Origin: a virus
Lineage: Duplodnaviria; Caudoviricetes
Length of the DNA stretch: 64,000 nucleotides
Direction: 5' to 3' (one strand)
Virus record (IMG/VR): IMGVR_UViG_3300033066_001904
Span: 22,763-86,762 of that record
The stretch's first letter is position 1. Each line of letters starts with the position of its first letter. This document shows, piece by piece, positions 18,896 through 28,404 of the stretch. The notes beneath the pieces were generated by a model. It was not told the origin of the DNA. It saw only the letters and a program-made list of their open reading frames with translations, and made no database searches. The position numbers and the translations under genes were made by a program.

Positions 18896-19229
18896 GTGTA
18901 TTTTCTATTTTAACCCTCTTTTTTAAAATACCCCATATATATGCATTATTACTATTCTGCCATTTTCCTAAATTTTCAAAACGAGAATCATTTATCATTT
19001 CATCATAAAATTTTTTATCCGTAATATCATTTCCATAATATTCTCCATCTCCATTTATTGGAAATATCCGACAATAATATTCTGGGAAATGTTCAGGACC
19101 TGGACCTTGACCTCCATCCCAAAAAAATGTATGAATTTTTAAAAAAACCCCGTCACTTACCTTATATGCCATAAGGAGATTAGGATTATTTATACCAATT
19201 TCGGCTAATATGTTTGAAAATTTAATCAT
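18882..19229 (-). CDS. EIGxNxP-tagged protein (putative capsid-internal cargo)
   Basis: Starts MIKFSNILAEIGINNP. Confidence 0.7.
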   Translation of the reverse strand: MIKFSNILAEIGINNPNLLMAYKVSDGVFLKIHTFFWDGGQGPGPEHFPEYYCRIFPINGDGEYYGNDITDKKFYDEMINDSRFENLGKWQNSNNAYIWGILKKRVKIENTHEHI

Positions 19230-19812
19230 CTAGCACTATTAAAATCGTTAAACAGTTTTAAAACAGCATTAAGATCAGTTGGAATTCTTAATTGCGTCCC
19301 TGGTTGAGGAAATAACGATCCTCTAGTAACATTATTATTAGCAGCCGAAATTATTCTCCACAAAGATGAATCTCCGTAATAATTATAAGCTAAATTATCT
19401 AATCGATCTCCAACAGATGTAATAATGTAAAAATCATTATTAGACAAAGGTATATTAGGATATAACTTACCTTGATAATAAGGTACTCCTTGATCTGTTT
19501 TTTTTATGTCTAGATTAGTATATAAGTTCATTTATTTTTCTCCCAATAATTTTCTAATGATGTTTTAGTCCACCAATCCCACCCACCTTGATTTTGGGGT
19601 AGATCTTTTTTTGGTAAATCTCGTGCACCAATCATTGTAAGTCCTTTATTATGGACAATTTGTTTTACTTTTTGAGGAGGATTAGTGTCATATAGAGAAA
19701 ATTCTAAGATATCTCCTTCTTGAATTCTTTCAAATTTTACTCCTGGTTTATCTAAGTTCCATGTCTGAGAAGGTTTATTAACACCAATTTCGGCTAATAT
19801 GTTTGAAAATTT
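19194..19812. repeat. 30-bp exact direct repeat (19194-19223 and 19783-19812) flanking the LysM gene
   Basis: accaatttcggctaatatgtttgaaaattt at both positions; encodes the tag KFSNILAEIG. Confidence 0.9.
19226..19531 (-). CDS. LysM-domain baseplate wedge protein (gp53/TailX-like)
   Basis: GDRLDNLAYNYYGDSSLWRIISAAN...GTQLRIP. Confidence 0.85.
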   Translation of the reverse strand: MNLYTNLDIKKTDQGVPYYQGKLYPNIPLSNNDFYIITSVGDRLDNLAYNYYGDSSLWRIISAANNNVTRGSLFPQPGTQLRIPTDLNAVLKLFNDFNSAR

Positions 19813-19818
19813 TATCAT
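19528..19818 (-). CDS. EIGxNxP-tagged protein (putative capsid-internal cargo)
   Basis: Starts MIKFSNILAEIGVNKP. Confidence 0.7.
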   Translation of the reverse strand: MIKFSNILAEIGVNKPSQTWNLDKPGVKFERIQEGDILEFSLYDTNPPQKVKQIVHNKGLTMIGARDLPKKDLPQNQGGWDWWTKTSLENYWEKNK

Positions 19819-21713
19819 TGTTTACCTTCGGGAAGTGGATTTTTAATTTCATCTAACCAAGGATTAGACCCTTTTGTTCCTTTATTAGCAATATAAGGAG
19901 AACTAGCATCTTTTTGTGGTAAATTATTGTGAAGAATTGTACAAGTTATTGAAACATCAATAATATGAGGCAATTCATACATTTGCACATCAGCTCCATT
20001 TTCTGGTTCATCTAAAGCTATCTCCCAAGGAGCATCATCAGCTATTGTATATGACAGTGAATTAATAATAGCTGTTTCTCTATATAGATAATTTCCTAAA
20101 GTTAGTCTGATCATAGGTCCTCTCATTAGATTATTATCATAATCAGGCATCGTATTACTAGCTAGAAAATTTAGTTTTTGATACATTGGTTTCATTTCTT
20201 CTTTTGATAGAGCTGCTACTTTAAATGTAAATGAAACTTGTCGATTAAAACCATTATATATGTTAAATTTTTCTCCTCTTCCTGCATATTTGATAGAACC
20301 CCATTCTGGTGAATAGTTATCTTGTATACTTTTTAAATAAGCTCTAAATATCATCCATACTGAATCTAAAGGATTATCTGTTCTTATTGCTTCTATTCTG
20401 AATTTTATTAAATCCCTAACATTGTGATATTGTCCGTTTATACTAACTCTAGTTCCGGGTGGTGTAGTGTCAGAAAATAAAGGAGTAAGATTTATTTTGT
20501 CTGTTTTTCCACTTCCTACACGTTGTTCTCGAGAAATTGAATTCCAACTTCCATTAGTTTTTAGTAAAATAACTTTATTATCGGAATTTACATATCCTAT
20601 ATTATCTTGAGGAGTAGAAACATAATTTCCTTGAGCATCTATTATTCCAAACTGATTTAATTCTGTACTTCCTGTTATATAATTTTTTTCTCTTAATTTT
20701 TTACTATTTATAATATTTTGTAAGGTTTGATAATTAGCAGGAAGTTTAATATCACTATAAACCTTTTTATCTCCAACTTTTATATTCTCAATATGAGTAT
20801 TATTGTAGGTAACATTATCTAGATCGTCAGGTTTTTTAGTAGGTCTATTAGGGTCAATATCTGGTACTGTAGTAAAATATTGTCTAGATACTCCTAATAA
20901 ATTATAATAGTTTATTTGTCCTTTTTCTGTTGGTTTATATTTGTTAGTAGCGTTATTTGTAAAATCATATCTTCTTATAGTAGTAGTACCAACACCGTAA
21001 ACAGAATCAGGTCCTCCTATATATTGATTTATATTTAATTGTTGGGGTTGAACAGCAGGAACACTAGTTCCAAATACTCCATTAACTATATTTAAGGCTG
21101 TATTAGCTACTCCTAAAGCTCCATTAAAAATATTTAAACCTGTCTGAGACTGAACAGGATTAATTAATCTAGTAGTTAGATTAACTAATCTATTTTGTCC
21201 TTGTTCATTATTATATTTAACTACGGCTTCGTATTTGGTATTTTCATCTTGTATAGGTAATAAACCGTGACGATTAAAATGACCTCCAAATGCATTAACT
21301 GGGATTTGAGCTAAAGTATTTAATCCTAAGTTATATATTCTTGTAGGACCTAAGGTATTACTTAAATCACTTAATGTATTTCCAATAAAACCTAATATAC
21401 CTTGTCCATTACCAATTTGAATTTTTTTAGTTTCAATAGCTGGATTAGATAATTGTAGTCCTACTTGTTTAGCTAAAAACAAAGGACCTCTAGGAAAATC
21501 TGTAAGGAATTTACTCACCCTTAAGGTATCTTCAAGAGAATGCCCTAAGGCACCTAAGGCGCCTCCTCTTATTAAACCATCGTCAAATACAGGTGGACGA
21601 TCCTCAGGTATAGCTTTTTGAATATATGGTTGCCCACTACTATCACCTCCAGGTTTATCATTTCCGTATTTAAGAGATTTAAGATTAGTCTTTAAATCTA
21701 ATATTCCAGGCAT
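19815..21713 (-). CDS. baseplate / tail-tube initiator-like protein
   Basis: C-terminal FRAYL...YAGRGEKF..YNGFNR...LQFL..., LPHIIDV; position after tape measure. Confidence 0.6.
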   Translation of the reverse strand: MPGILDLKTNLKSLKYGNDKPGGDSSGQPYIQKAIPEDRPPVFDDGLIRGGALGALGHSLEDTLRVSKFLTDFPRGPLFLAKQVGLQLSNPAIETKKIQIGNGQGILGFIGNTLSDLSNTLGPTRIYNLGLNTLAQIPVNAFGGHFNRHGLLPIQDENTKYEAVVKYNNEQGQNRLVNLTTRLINPVQSQTGLNIFNGALGVANTALNIVNGVFGTSVPAVQPQQLNINQYIGGPDSVYGVGTTTIRRYDFTNNATNKYKPTEKGQINYYNLLGVSRQYFTTVPDIDPNRPTKKPDDLDNVTYNNTHIENIKVGDKKVYSDIKLPANYQTLQNIINSKKLREKNYITGSTELNQFGIIDAQGNYVSTPQDNIGYVNSDNKVILLKTNGSWNSISREQRVGSGKTDKINLTPLFSDTTPPGTRVSINGQYHNVRDLIKFRIEAIRTDNPLDSVWMIFRAYLKSIQDNYSPEWGSIKYAGRGEKFNIYNGFNRQVSFTFKVAALSKEEMKPMYQKLNFLASNTMPDYDNNLMRGPMIRLTLGNYLYRETAIINSLSYTIADDAPWEIALDEPENGADVQMYELPHIIDVSITCTILHNNLPQKDASSPYIANKGTKGSNPWLDEIKNPLPEGKQ

Positions 21714-21716
21714 ATA

Positions 21717-22073
21717 TTAATATCTCCCTTCTTGAGGTCCTAAATCAGGATATTTTCTTCCGGGTAATGATTTATAAATAGTTGATACTACTGAACCTGG
21801 TAAACCTGCTTGGTAGTTATTAGGTGCAATAGGATCTGTTTCATCCAAATGAGATTCTTCTTTAACAGTTGTATTTCCGTTTTTATTAAAATCTACTAAT
21901 TTTACATTTGGAACTGAATTAATAGAGTAAGTATTTTGAAGCTTACTAGCTGCAGGATCTAAATTATTTGTAGAATCTACATATCCCCAATTTGATATAA
22001 ATTGTTGAGGATTAAATCCATTTCCTTGTAAACTTAATGTACTTTTTGTTAGTTGATCTAGTACTGATGCCAT
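21717..22073 (-). CDS. hypothetical virion protein
   Basis: 118-aa ORF with ATATTTAT motif upstream. Confidence 0.65.
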   Translation of the reverse strand: MASVLDQLTKSTLSLQGNGFNPQQFISNWGYVDSTNNLDPAASKLQNTYSINSVPNVKLVDFNKNGNTTVKEESHLDETDPIAPNNYQAGLPGSVVSTIYKSLPGRKYPDLGPQEGRY

Positions 22074-22105
22074 GGTTATTGTTATTTTATATAAATATTA
22101 AATTT

Positions 22106-24196
22106 TTATGCGGTTTTATAGGAACCTTGTGTTAATAGGGTACCTACTTTTCTACCATCAAGATTAATAGTAGTATCTTTTTGATATAATCTATCTACAG
22201 ATGCTTTTACGTCGTTTATTGCTTTTATCATTGGAGATAAATCTACACCTGATGAACTTCCTTTATCAAATAAATTAGTACCTGCCACCACTGTATCTTT
22301 ATTATTTAATGCTATTGCTCCTTCAGGTCCTAGTAGTGTACGATTTCCATATCCTGGAGAAACAACATCATCTCCTTTAGTTAAATTTTCAATTCCTGCT
22401 CCTATTAATCCAATAGCTAATAGTCCTCCTAAAGCTGCTACAGGATTTAAAAATACAGCTATTGCTCCAACTAATAATGCTATTGTTTTTAATACACCCG
22501 CTAATCCTGTAAATGTACCTGTTATAGTGTCAATTAATGAATTTAACCATGAAAATGGTTTAGTTATATACGTCACTAAAGATAATATATCCGTTAATAA
22601 ATCTAATAATTGACCAAATGGTCCTTCTACTAGAGTTCCTACTATATCTTGTAATTTTAAAATAGCATTATTAAATTTTTCTTGTATATTTTGACGCTCT
22701 AAAGCCTTTTTAGCATCTTCTTCATTTAATTGAGCTAAAGATTTACCCGCTTGTAAAGCTTCTTCTCTACGTCTAAGTTGTTCTGCTAATTGATCTGCTT
22801 GTAAGCCAAAAGATTCTGCTAATGCCTTTTGAGCAATAACATTCATTTGAGCAAATTTAAAAGCATCAATTCCTTGATTAGCTATTTCTTGTGCTACTCC
22901 GGCTATATCACCTCTCAAAGCTAATTCTCTAGCTCTTTCTAAGTTTAATTGTTTACCTATTAATAATTCAGCTTTTAATTCACTTCCTATTGAAGATTCA
23001 AAATCTAATAAATAACTAGAAGTAGATTTAGCTTCATCTAAAGATTGACCTAATGCTTTTATTTGAGCAACACTTTTAGCAATCAATTCGGGATTATATC
23101 CTAAGTTTGCTGTTAGTTGTCCTGATACTTTTGCAACTTCCGCTAGTGTAGCTTTTAAAGGTAACCCTACTTTATATTGATTTGAAATAGCTACAATTCC
23201 TTTAACATATGAATTATAAATAGCTTCTGACGATTTACCTGTTAAAATAGATAATCTGTAAAATTGAGCGGCTTCATCGCCAGCTAAACCTACTTGTTTA
23301 GTTAATTTAACCTGTGTATTTAATATATCTTCTGAGTACTCAGATGTGTAACCAGTCGTTTCACTTATTTGTTTAAACGCATCTACTAAATTAGTTGTAG
23401 TAATGTTAATATTAGTTGAATCACGAGCTATTTTTCCTATATTATATCTATAGTCGTCAGTATTGGAACCCAATGATTTCCCAATTTCTGTTGATTGAGC
23501 TATAAATTTACTTGCTTTATCAACAATAAAACCTAAAGCTAATGCAGCCCAATTTATGCCTTCTAAAAATCCTTTTATTCCGGCTCCCCATATTTTAAAA
23601 ACACCACCACCCTCTTTAGCCTTATCAGTCATTGCTTCCATGGCTTTATCAAGATTAAGAACATCTCCTATAATAGGAATTTTCTTTAATCCTTTAAATA
23701 TTCCAAAAAGAGGTTGTAACTTTTTAGCAAAAACATCAAATTGTTTTAATTCTTCTTTTTGTAATTTAATAATATCCTCAATTGTATCTTTTTGTTCTTT
23801 TAATAATTCATTAAGATTAGATAATTCTTTTTTTCTTTTAGAATTAGTTGTTAACTCAATTTCTTTTTGTATAGCAGATATTTGACCTTCTAACGCCTTA
23901 GATAAACCTTCTTCAAGTTTTTTAATTTCTTGAGTAATTTTTTTACGAGACAATTCACCTTTAATTGCTTTACCAATTATACCATTTGTTCTAAGATAAG
24001 CATCCTGGATTTCGTTTATGTGTTTTCTAACACTTTTTAAAGTTTCATCTGTTCTAGCTTTTATAGATGTATTAATATTCTTTAGTTTAGTCATAATATC
24101 ACTAGCTGCATCTCTGAAAATTGCAGTTAACGATGATAACTCATCTTTAATATCATCAATATCTTGTTTGGGATCTAGGTTAGGATTAATTGCCAT
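22106..24196 (-). CDS. tape measure protein
   Basis: Long Ala/Leu/Lys/Glu-rich helical protein with a hydrophobic stretch, downstream of tube and chaperone. Confidence 0.8.
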   Translation of the reverse strand: MAINPNLDPKQDIDDIKDELSSLTAIFRDAASDIMTKLKNINTSIKARTDETLKSVRKHINEIQDAYLRTNGIIGKAIKGELSRKKITQEIKKLEEGLSKALEGQISAIQKEIELTTNSKRKKELSNLNELLKEQKDTIEDIIKLQKEELKQFDVFAKKLQPLFGIFKGLKKIPIIGDVLNLDKAMEAMTDKAKEGGGVFKIWGAGIKGFLEGINWAALALGFIVDKASKFIAQSTEIGKSLGSNTDDYRYNIGKIARDSTNINITTTNLVDAFKQISETTGYTSEYSEDILNTQVKLTKQVGLAGDEAAQFYRLSILTGKSSEAIYNSYVKGIVAISNQYKVGLPLKATLAEVAKVSGQLTANLGYNPELIAKSVAQIKALGQSLDEAKSTSSYLLDFESSIGSELKAELLIGKQLNLERARELALRGDIAGVAQEIANQGIDAFKFAQMNVIAQKALAESFGLQADQLAEQLRRREEALQAGKSLAQLNEEDAKKALERQNIQEKFNNAILKLQDIVGTLVEGPFGQLLDLLTDILSLVTYITKPFSWLNSLIDTITGTFTGLAGVLKTIALLVGAIAVFLNPVAALGGLLAIGLIGAGIENLTKGDDVVSPGYGNRTLLGPEGAIALNNKDTVVAGTNLFDKGSSSGVDLSPMIKAINDVKASVDRLYQKDTTINLDGRKVGTLLTQGSYKTA

Positions 24197-24219
24197 ATGT
24201 GTATAAATATTTAAGACTC

Positions 24220-24495
24220 CTATTTTTTAGGAGCCTTAGCGACATAGTCTGGAGTTATATCTAGTTTATGCACGGGTTTTTTATTTATATTTAATTCTTG
24301 TTGTTGTTTTTTTACTTTTTCATTTTGTTCTTCGTAATGCTCTTTCAACATATTAAATGTGAATATTCTTAACCAAATAGGCATATTATATATAGTATCC
24401 CAATCATATCCTCCTTGTCCATTAAATACTATTTGATGAATAAGTCTAAATAAATTAAGTCTATATTCCTGCGTCAGGCCAAAAAAAGTTAACAT
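24220..24495 (-). CDS. tail assembly chaperone extension (probable frameshift product)
   Basis: Overlaps the upstream ORF across a T7 run; WDTIYNMPIWLR motif; lies just before tape measure. Confidence 0.7.
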   Translation of the reverse strand: MLTFFGLTQEYRLNLFRLIHQIVFNGQGGYDWDTIYNMPIWLRIFTFNMLKEHYEEQNEKVKKQQQELNINKKPVHKLDITPDYVAKAPKK

Positions 24496-25204
24496 CTATT
24501 GGGATATTTACACCCTCCCCTGTGTAATTTTCATCCTCTGGCATAAATTTAAGAATAATATCGGGTTGTATTTTTTTATAGTATTCTCTAAAAGCTCTAG
24601 AATCTTTTGCTATTAAGTAATTATCTATAAAATCTCTGATTGATTTTTGATCTCGCTTTCCCTCTACAGAAGTAATCATATATTTAAGACGAGTAGTTAA
24701 ATCAAATGAACCTTTAGGAAATGCTTTAGCTAATCCCTTTAATTCATCCTCTATTTTTTTCTCATCTCCATGAGTTAATAATTTAAATGTTATTTGATTA
24801 CCGGAGTTAGGTAATTCAAATTTAAATTCGTTCGTTCCTTTCGTAAATAAACTTTCATCTAACTCTTTAGTTTGTAAAGTTTGTAAATCTATTGTTACTT
24901 CTTCATCTTTATATGTGAAACTATAGTCTTTTCCATAACCTAATATACGAGCAGCTACTAAGATAGCATTTTTATCCCCCATAACTAAATCATCATAATT
25001 AATTTTAGAAACTATTAAAGATTGTAATAATTTATCAATAACTGTTCCGTTTTTTATAAAATTTGTATTGGTAAGAATATCTTCCTCGCGAGCCGTCATA
25101 TATTTCATAGATATAGAACCTGATGATAGCGGATTAGACTCGGGGTATACTAGACCTTTTGAGGGCAACATAACTATTTCTGTTGGTAATTTTAATTCAG
25201 CCAT
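24461..25204 (-). CDS. tail assembly chaperone / gp26-like hub assembly protein
   Basis: LPSKGLVYP, MTAREEDIL, DKNAILVAAR, ends VNFFWPDAGI. Confidence 0.7.
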   Translation of the reverse strand: MAELKLPTEIVMLPSKGLVYPESNPLSSGSISMKYMTAREEDILTNTNFIKNGTVIDKLLQSLIVSKINYDDLVMGDKNAILVAARILGYGKDYSFTYKDEEVTIDLQTLQTKELDESLFTKGTNEFKFELPNSGNQITFKLLTHGDEKKIEDELKGLAKAFPKGSFDLTTRLKYMITSVEGKRDQKSIRDFIDNYLIAKDSRAFREYYKKIQPDIILKFMPEDENYTGEGVNIPIDVNFFWPDAGI

Positions 25205-25230
25205 ATTATATCTTTTGATATAAATATATA

Positions 25231-25455
25231 CTATTCATCTTCTTCGTCCAAATTTATATCGAGTCTTTTAAGATCTGATGGACTTTTAGAAACTTCAAAA
25301 TCATAAACCTCATAAATATCCCCCATATATGACAGTCTTAATTTAAGATTTTTATTAGGTTCTAATACAAATCCTATAACGGTACATGATGTTTGGTCAG
25401 GATCATCTTTCATATATATTGATTGTCCATATTCAAAAGGGATAGTAACTTTCAT
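25231..25455 (-). CDS. hypothetical protein
   Basis: 74-aa ORF with ATATTTAT motif upstream. Confidence 0.6.
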   Translation of the reverse strand: MKVTIPFEYGQSIYMKDDPDQTSCTVIGFVLEPNKNLKLRLSYMGDIYEVYDFEVSKSPSDLKRLDINLDEEDE

Positions 25456-25489
25456 ATTAATTGTTTACAATAAATATTTTATAAAGTAA

Positions 25490-25514
25490 AAATGCTCGAA
25501 TAAATCGAGCATTT
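25490..25514 (-). terminator. rho-independent terminator after tail tube gene
   Basis: AAATGCTCGA/TCGAGCATTT stem with T tract on the minus strand. Confidence 0.8.
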
Positions 25515-25534
25515 CTTTTAAATTTAAAATTATT

Positions 25535-26020
25535 TTAGAAGTTTAATACAGCATAATCAATTGCAAGAGTTAATGCTAATGATATATAACTATCTGCGGC
25601 AAAGTCATAATCACCAAAAGTAGCAGTTTTTACATATGCTCCTTTAAGATGCCATTCTCCAACAACATCCCCTGGAGGTCCAATTATATCAAAAGTTATA
25701 TCTTTTTTATAAAAATCAGAATAACCGTCTCTACCTGTTACTGATTCGTGAGCTAAACGAGCCCATTCCATTACGGCTTGAGCACCTGAAGGTGTTATAG
25801 GATCATATAATTCAATATTAACATCATTCCATCTAACTTTACCTTTAACTTTACGATAAACGTTGATATGATCTAATACAATTTCTCCTGCGTCGAATCC
25901 TGGAGCTACAACCTTTTTTATCATATATGATGGAATACCATCAATATACATTATAAAGCGATTTTGAACTTTAGGCTCAAACGCTGTAAACATTATTTCA
26001 TTTGGGTTTAATACTGGCAT
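25535..26020 (-). CDS. tail tube protein (gp19-like)
   Basis: FEPKVQNRF, GKVRWND, VMEW, YKKDI. Confidence 0.9.
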   Translation of the reverse strand: MPVLNPNEIMFTAFEPKVQNRFIMYIDGIPSYMIKKVVAPGFDAGEIVLDHINVYRKVKGKVRWNDVNIELYDPITPSGAQAVMEWARLAHESVTGRDGYSDFYKKDITFDIIGPPGDVVGEWHLKGAYVKTATFGDYDFAADSYISLALTLAIDYAVLNF

Positions 26021-26063
26021 TTTTTAATTATTATTTCTATTAATAAATATTATTAATTATGAC

Positions 26064-27785
26064 TTATTGTGGAAAAGTTGCACCAGTAGGAAGAACATTA
26101 AAGTCTAATACTATAAATTCAGCTGTTTTAGTTGGTTGAATATATATTTGTCCTACTAATTGATTTCTATCAATTACATCTGCTGTATTATTAGAATCGT
26201 CCATTACCACTTTATAGGCATATAAACCTTGACGTTGAACTACTGAATCTAAATATGGGTTTACTTGTGATAGAAATCTATTACGAGTAACTGTTGTATT
26301 TTGTTCAAATACTAAATTACGAGCTACTTGTCCTATAAATCCTTTAAGATTAATTAATAAACGGCGAACTGAAACTCTATCAAGAGATGTTTGACGTTTT
26401 TGTAATGTCTTTTGACCCCATATAACAACTCCTTCACCAGGAAATGTTGCTAAAGGATTAATATTGGAATTATATAAAGTATCACGATCTGATTGTTGTA
26501 GTCTACGTTCAGCTTTTAATACTGATGGAATACCTCCACGATTAAGACCTGCTACTGCAAACCATTCTGCTCCTACTTGGTCATTAAATGCGTAAGCTCC
26601 TACTACTACTACTGAAGGGGGAACCCATACGGCTTTTCCTAGATTTGAACTAAATACTTGTACCCAAGGATAATATGCTGCTGCATAATTTGAGGATTGA
26701 GCTGATGAGTTATTTGCAGCTGTAGAAATTGCAACCCCATACACATCATCATCAACTATTGATATAGAATCACCTCTTCCCTCACAAGTAGAAATTAAAG
26801 TTGTCACAGCTCCATGAGTTAATCCTACACCAGGAGCTACTAATACATTAAATTGATATTCATCTTTATTACTTAATAAAGCAAAAGCTGCTTGATAGTC
26901 TGAAACTCCATATCCCTGAACATTATCAACTATTATATTTTCGTTCATTAATTGAGTTTGATCAGTTGGGGCTACTCCACCATTAAAAGAACCACCATAT
27001 GAACCACTTCCTACAGCTGGTAAAGATCCGCTATATTGAGTAGATTTATATGAACCATTATTATCAATAGAATCAATTTGAGGTGATACTGCTGAAACTC
27101 TAACATATTGTGAAGCATTACCGTATGAACCTGTATATGAAACATATGCTGAATCTGTTCCTGTAGCTGCTACATAGGTTGGTTTTTGATCTCCAATTAC
27201 GCGAGATATAAAATTAGATAAACTTGGATCTAATGATAAATTAGCCCATGTTTCTAACACATTTTTATTAGAATCATTATCATCTCCACGACGAATTACT
27301 AAATTAAAGGTTCCACTACCACTATTTATATTAGTTACTTCCCAACGAACATTTGTTGAAGTTCCACTTGATAAAGCCCCACTAACTAAACTACTTGTAT
27401 TATTCATTATATTACCCCATGAAAGAGTTTCTAATGAAAAAGCGCTTCCTGTCCCAGAAAGTGTAGGAATAGTAGCGTTTGCATAAGTATTAATATTATT
27501 AGAACCACTTATTATACGAGTTATTAATAATGTTTTACCACCAGATTGGAAGAATTCTTTTGCTGCTAGAGATGTAAAATATTCATAATAGTAACTTCCA
27601 CTTTTAAATGTAGAACCAAAAATAGAATCAAATTCACTATATGAAGTAACATATGTAGGAATAAGAGGACGCCCTTTTACAGTAGGTCCTACTATAGAAG
27701 TTGCGGTTCCTTGAATTCCTTTTTGTACTAAACTTTGATCTGACTCATTTAGGAATACACCAGGAGATATTATTTTTTCTGCCAT
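26064..27785 (-). CDS. tail sheath protein (gp18-like)
   Basis: SPGVFLNESD, YYPWV, VPPS, WFAVAGLNRG, WGQKTLQ, VRRLL, IQPTKTAEFIVLDF. Confidence 0.95.
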   Translation of the reverse strand: MAEKIISPGVFLNESDQSLVQKGIQGTATSIVGPTVKGRPLIPTYVTSYSEFDSIFGSTFKSGSYYYEYFTSLAAKEFFQSGGKTLLITRIISGSNNINTYANATIPTLSGTGSAFSLETLSWGNIMNNTSSLVSGALSSGTSTNVRWEVTNINSGSGTFNLVIRRGDDNDSNKNVLETWANLSLDPSLSNFISRVIGDQKPTYVAATGTDSAYVSYTGSYGNASQYVRVSAVSPQIDSIDNNGSYKSTQYSGSLPAVGSGSYGGSFNGGVAPTDQTQLMNENIIVDNVQGYGVSDYQAAFALLSNKDEYQFNVLVAPGVGLTHGAVTTLISTCEGRGDSISIVDDDVYGVAISTAANNSSAQSSNYAAAYYPWVQVFSSNLGKAVWVPPSVVVVGAYAFNDQVGAEWFAVAGLNRGGIPSVLKAERRLQQSDRDTLYNSNINPLATFPGEGVVIWGQKTLQKRQTSLDRVSVRRLLINLKGFIGQVARNLVFEQNTTVTRNRFLSQVNPYLDSVVQRQGLYAYKVVMDDSNNTADVIDRNQLVGQIYIQPTKTAEFIVLDFNVLPTGATFPQ

Positions 27786-27841
27786 TTTTTAATTAAATTT
27801 TATCTAATGATAAATATTAATAAATTAGCACAAAAACGTAA

Positions 27842-28012
27842 TTATTTTTGATCGTTAGTTACTTGCTTTGAGATTTCTTGCGCTATTACATTATAGGCAT
27901 TAGCCACATTCATAACATCATCAGCATTTTTAAATACGCCTTTTTTTATTGCTTTGTTGATAATATCCTTTATTACTAATAAAGAATTTTCTAAGTTTTG
28001 ATTTGGATTCAT
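27842..28012 (-). CDS. 56-aa hypothetical protein (below ORF-track cutoff)
   Basis: Hand translation MNPNQNLENSLLVIKDIINKAIKKGVFKNADDVMNVANAYNVIAQEISKQVTNDQK. Confidence 0.6.
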   Translation of the reverse strand: MNPNQNLENSLLVIKDIINKAIKKGVFKNADDVMNVANAYNVIAQEISKQVTNDQK

Positions 28013-28030
28013 AAATTTTATTTTAGAAAG

Positions 28031-28052
28031 TAAGGGGAATTAATTCCCCTTA
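28031..28052. terminator. perfect 22-bp palindrome, probable terminator
   Basis: taaggggaattaattcccctta just downstream of ORF 28061..28375. Confidence 0.6.
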
Positions 28053-28060
28053 AAAATTTT

Positions 28061-28375
28061 TTAGCTAGCCACTACAGTATATTCAATTCTATCTGCTGTT
28101 AAAGGTAGAGTTGAACTAAGAGGAATTTGGATAGAAATTATAGCTCCTAAAGAGTTATAAGCTGCTATCACAGCAGTTCCTGAACCTACTACTGTCATAG
28201 TAATGTCAGCTTTAGCTTGACCAGGTACTAAAGCTACAGAACAATTACTTTGACCCGCTACGTAAAAACCAGTAAGAGATTGTACAGAATTATCTACATT
28301 AGAATAACCTGTAAGACTTACTCTTTTTGTTACATTAGGATTTAAATCCAAAGTTGCACCTGTTGTTGTTGCCAT
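28061..28375 (-). CDS. small beta-rich virion protein
   Basis: Thr/Ser/Val-rich composition, structural module context. Confidence 0.6.
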   Translation of the reverse strand: MATTTGATLDLNPNVTKRVSLTGYSNVDNSVQSLTGFYVAGQSNCSVALVPGQAKADITMTVVGSGTAVIAAYNSLGAIISIQIPLSSTLPLTADRIEYTVVAS

Positions 28376-28404
28376 TTTTTTTTATTTTTAATTTGTAATA
28401 AATA

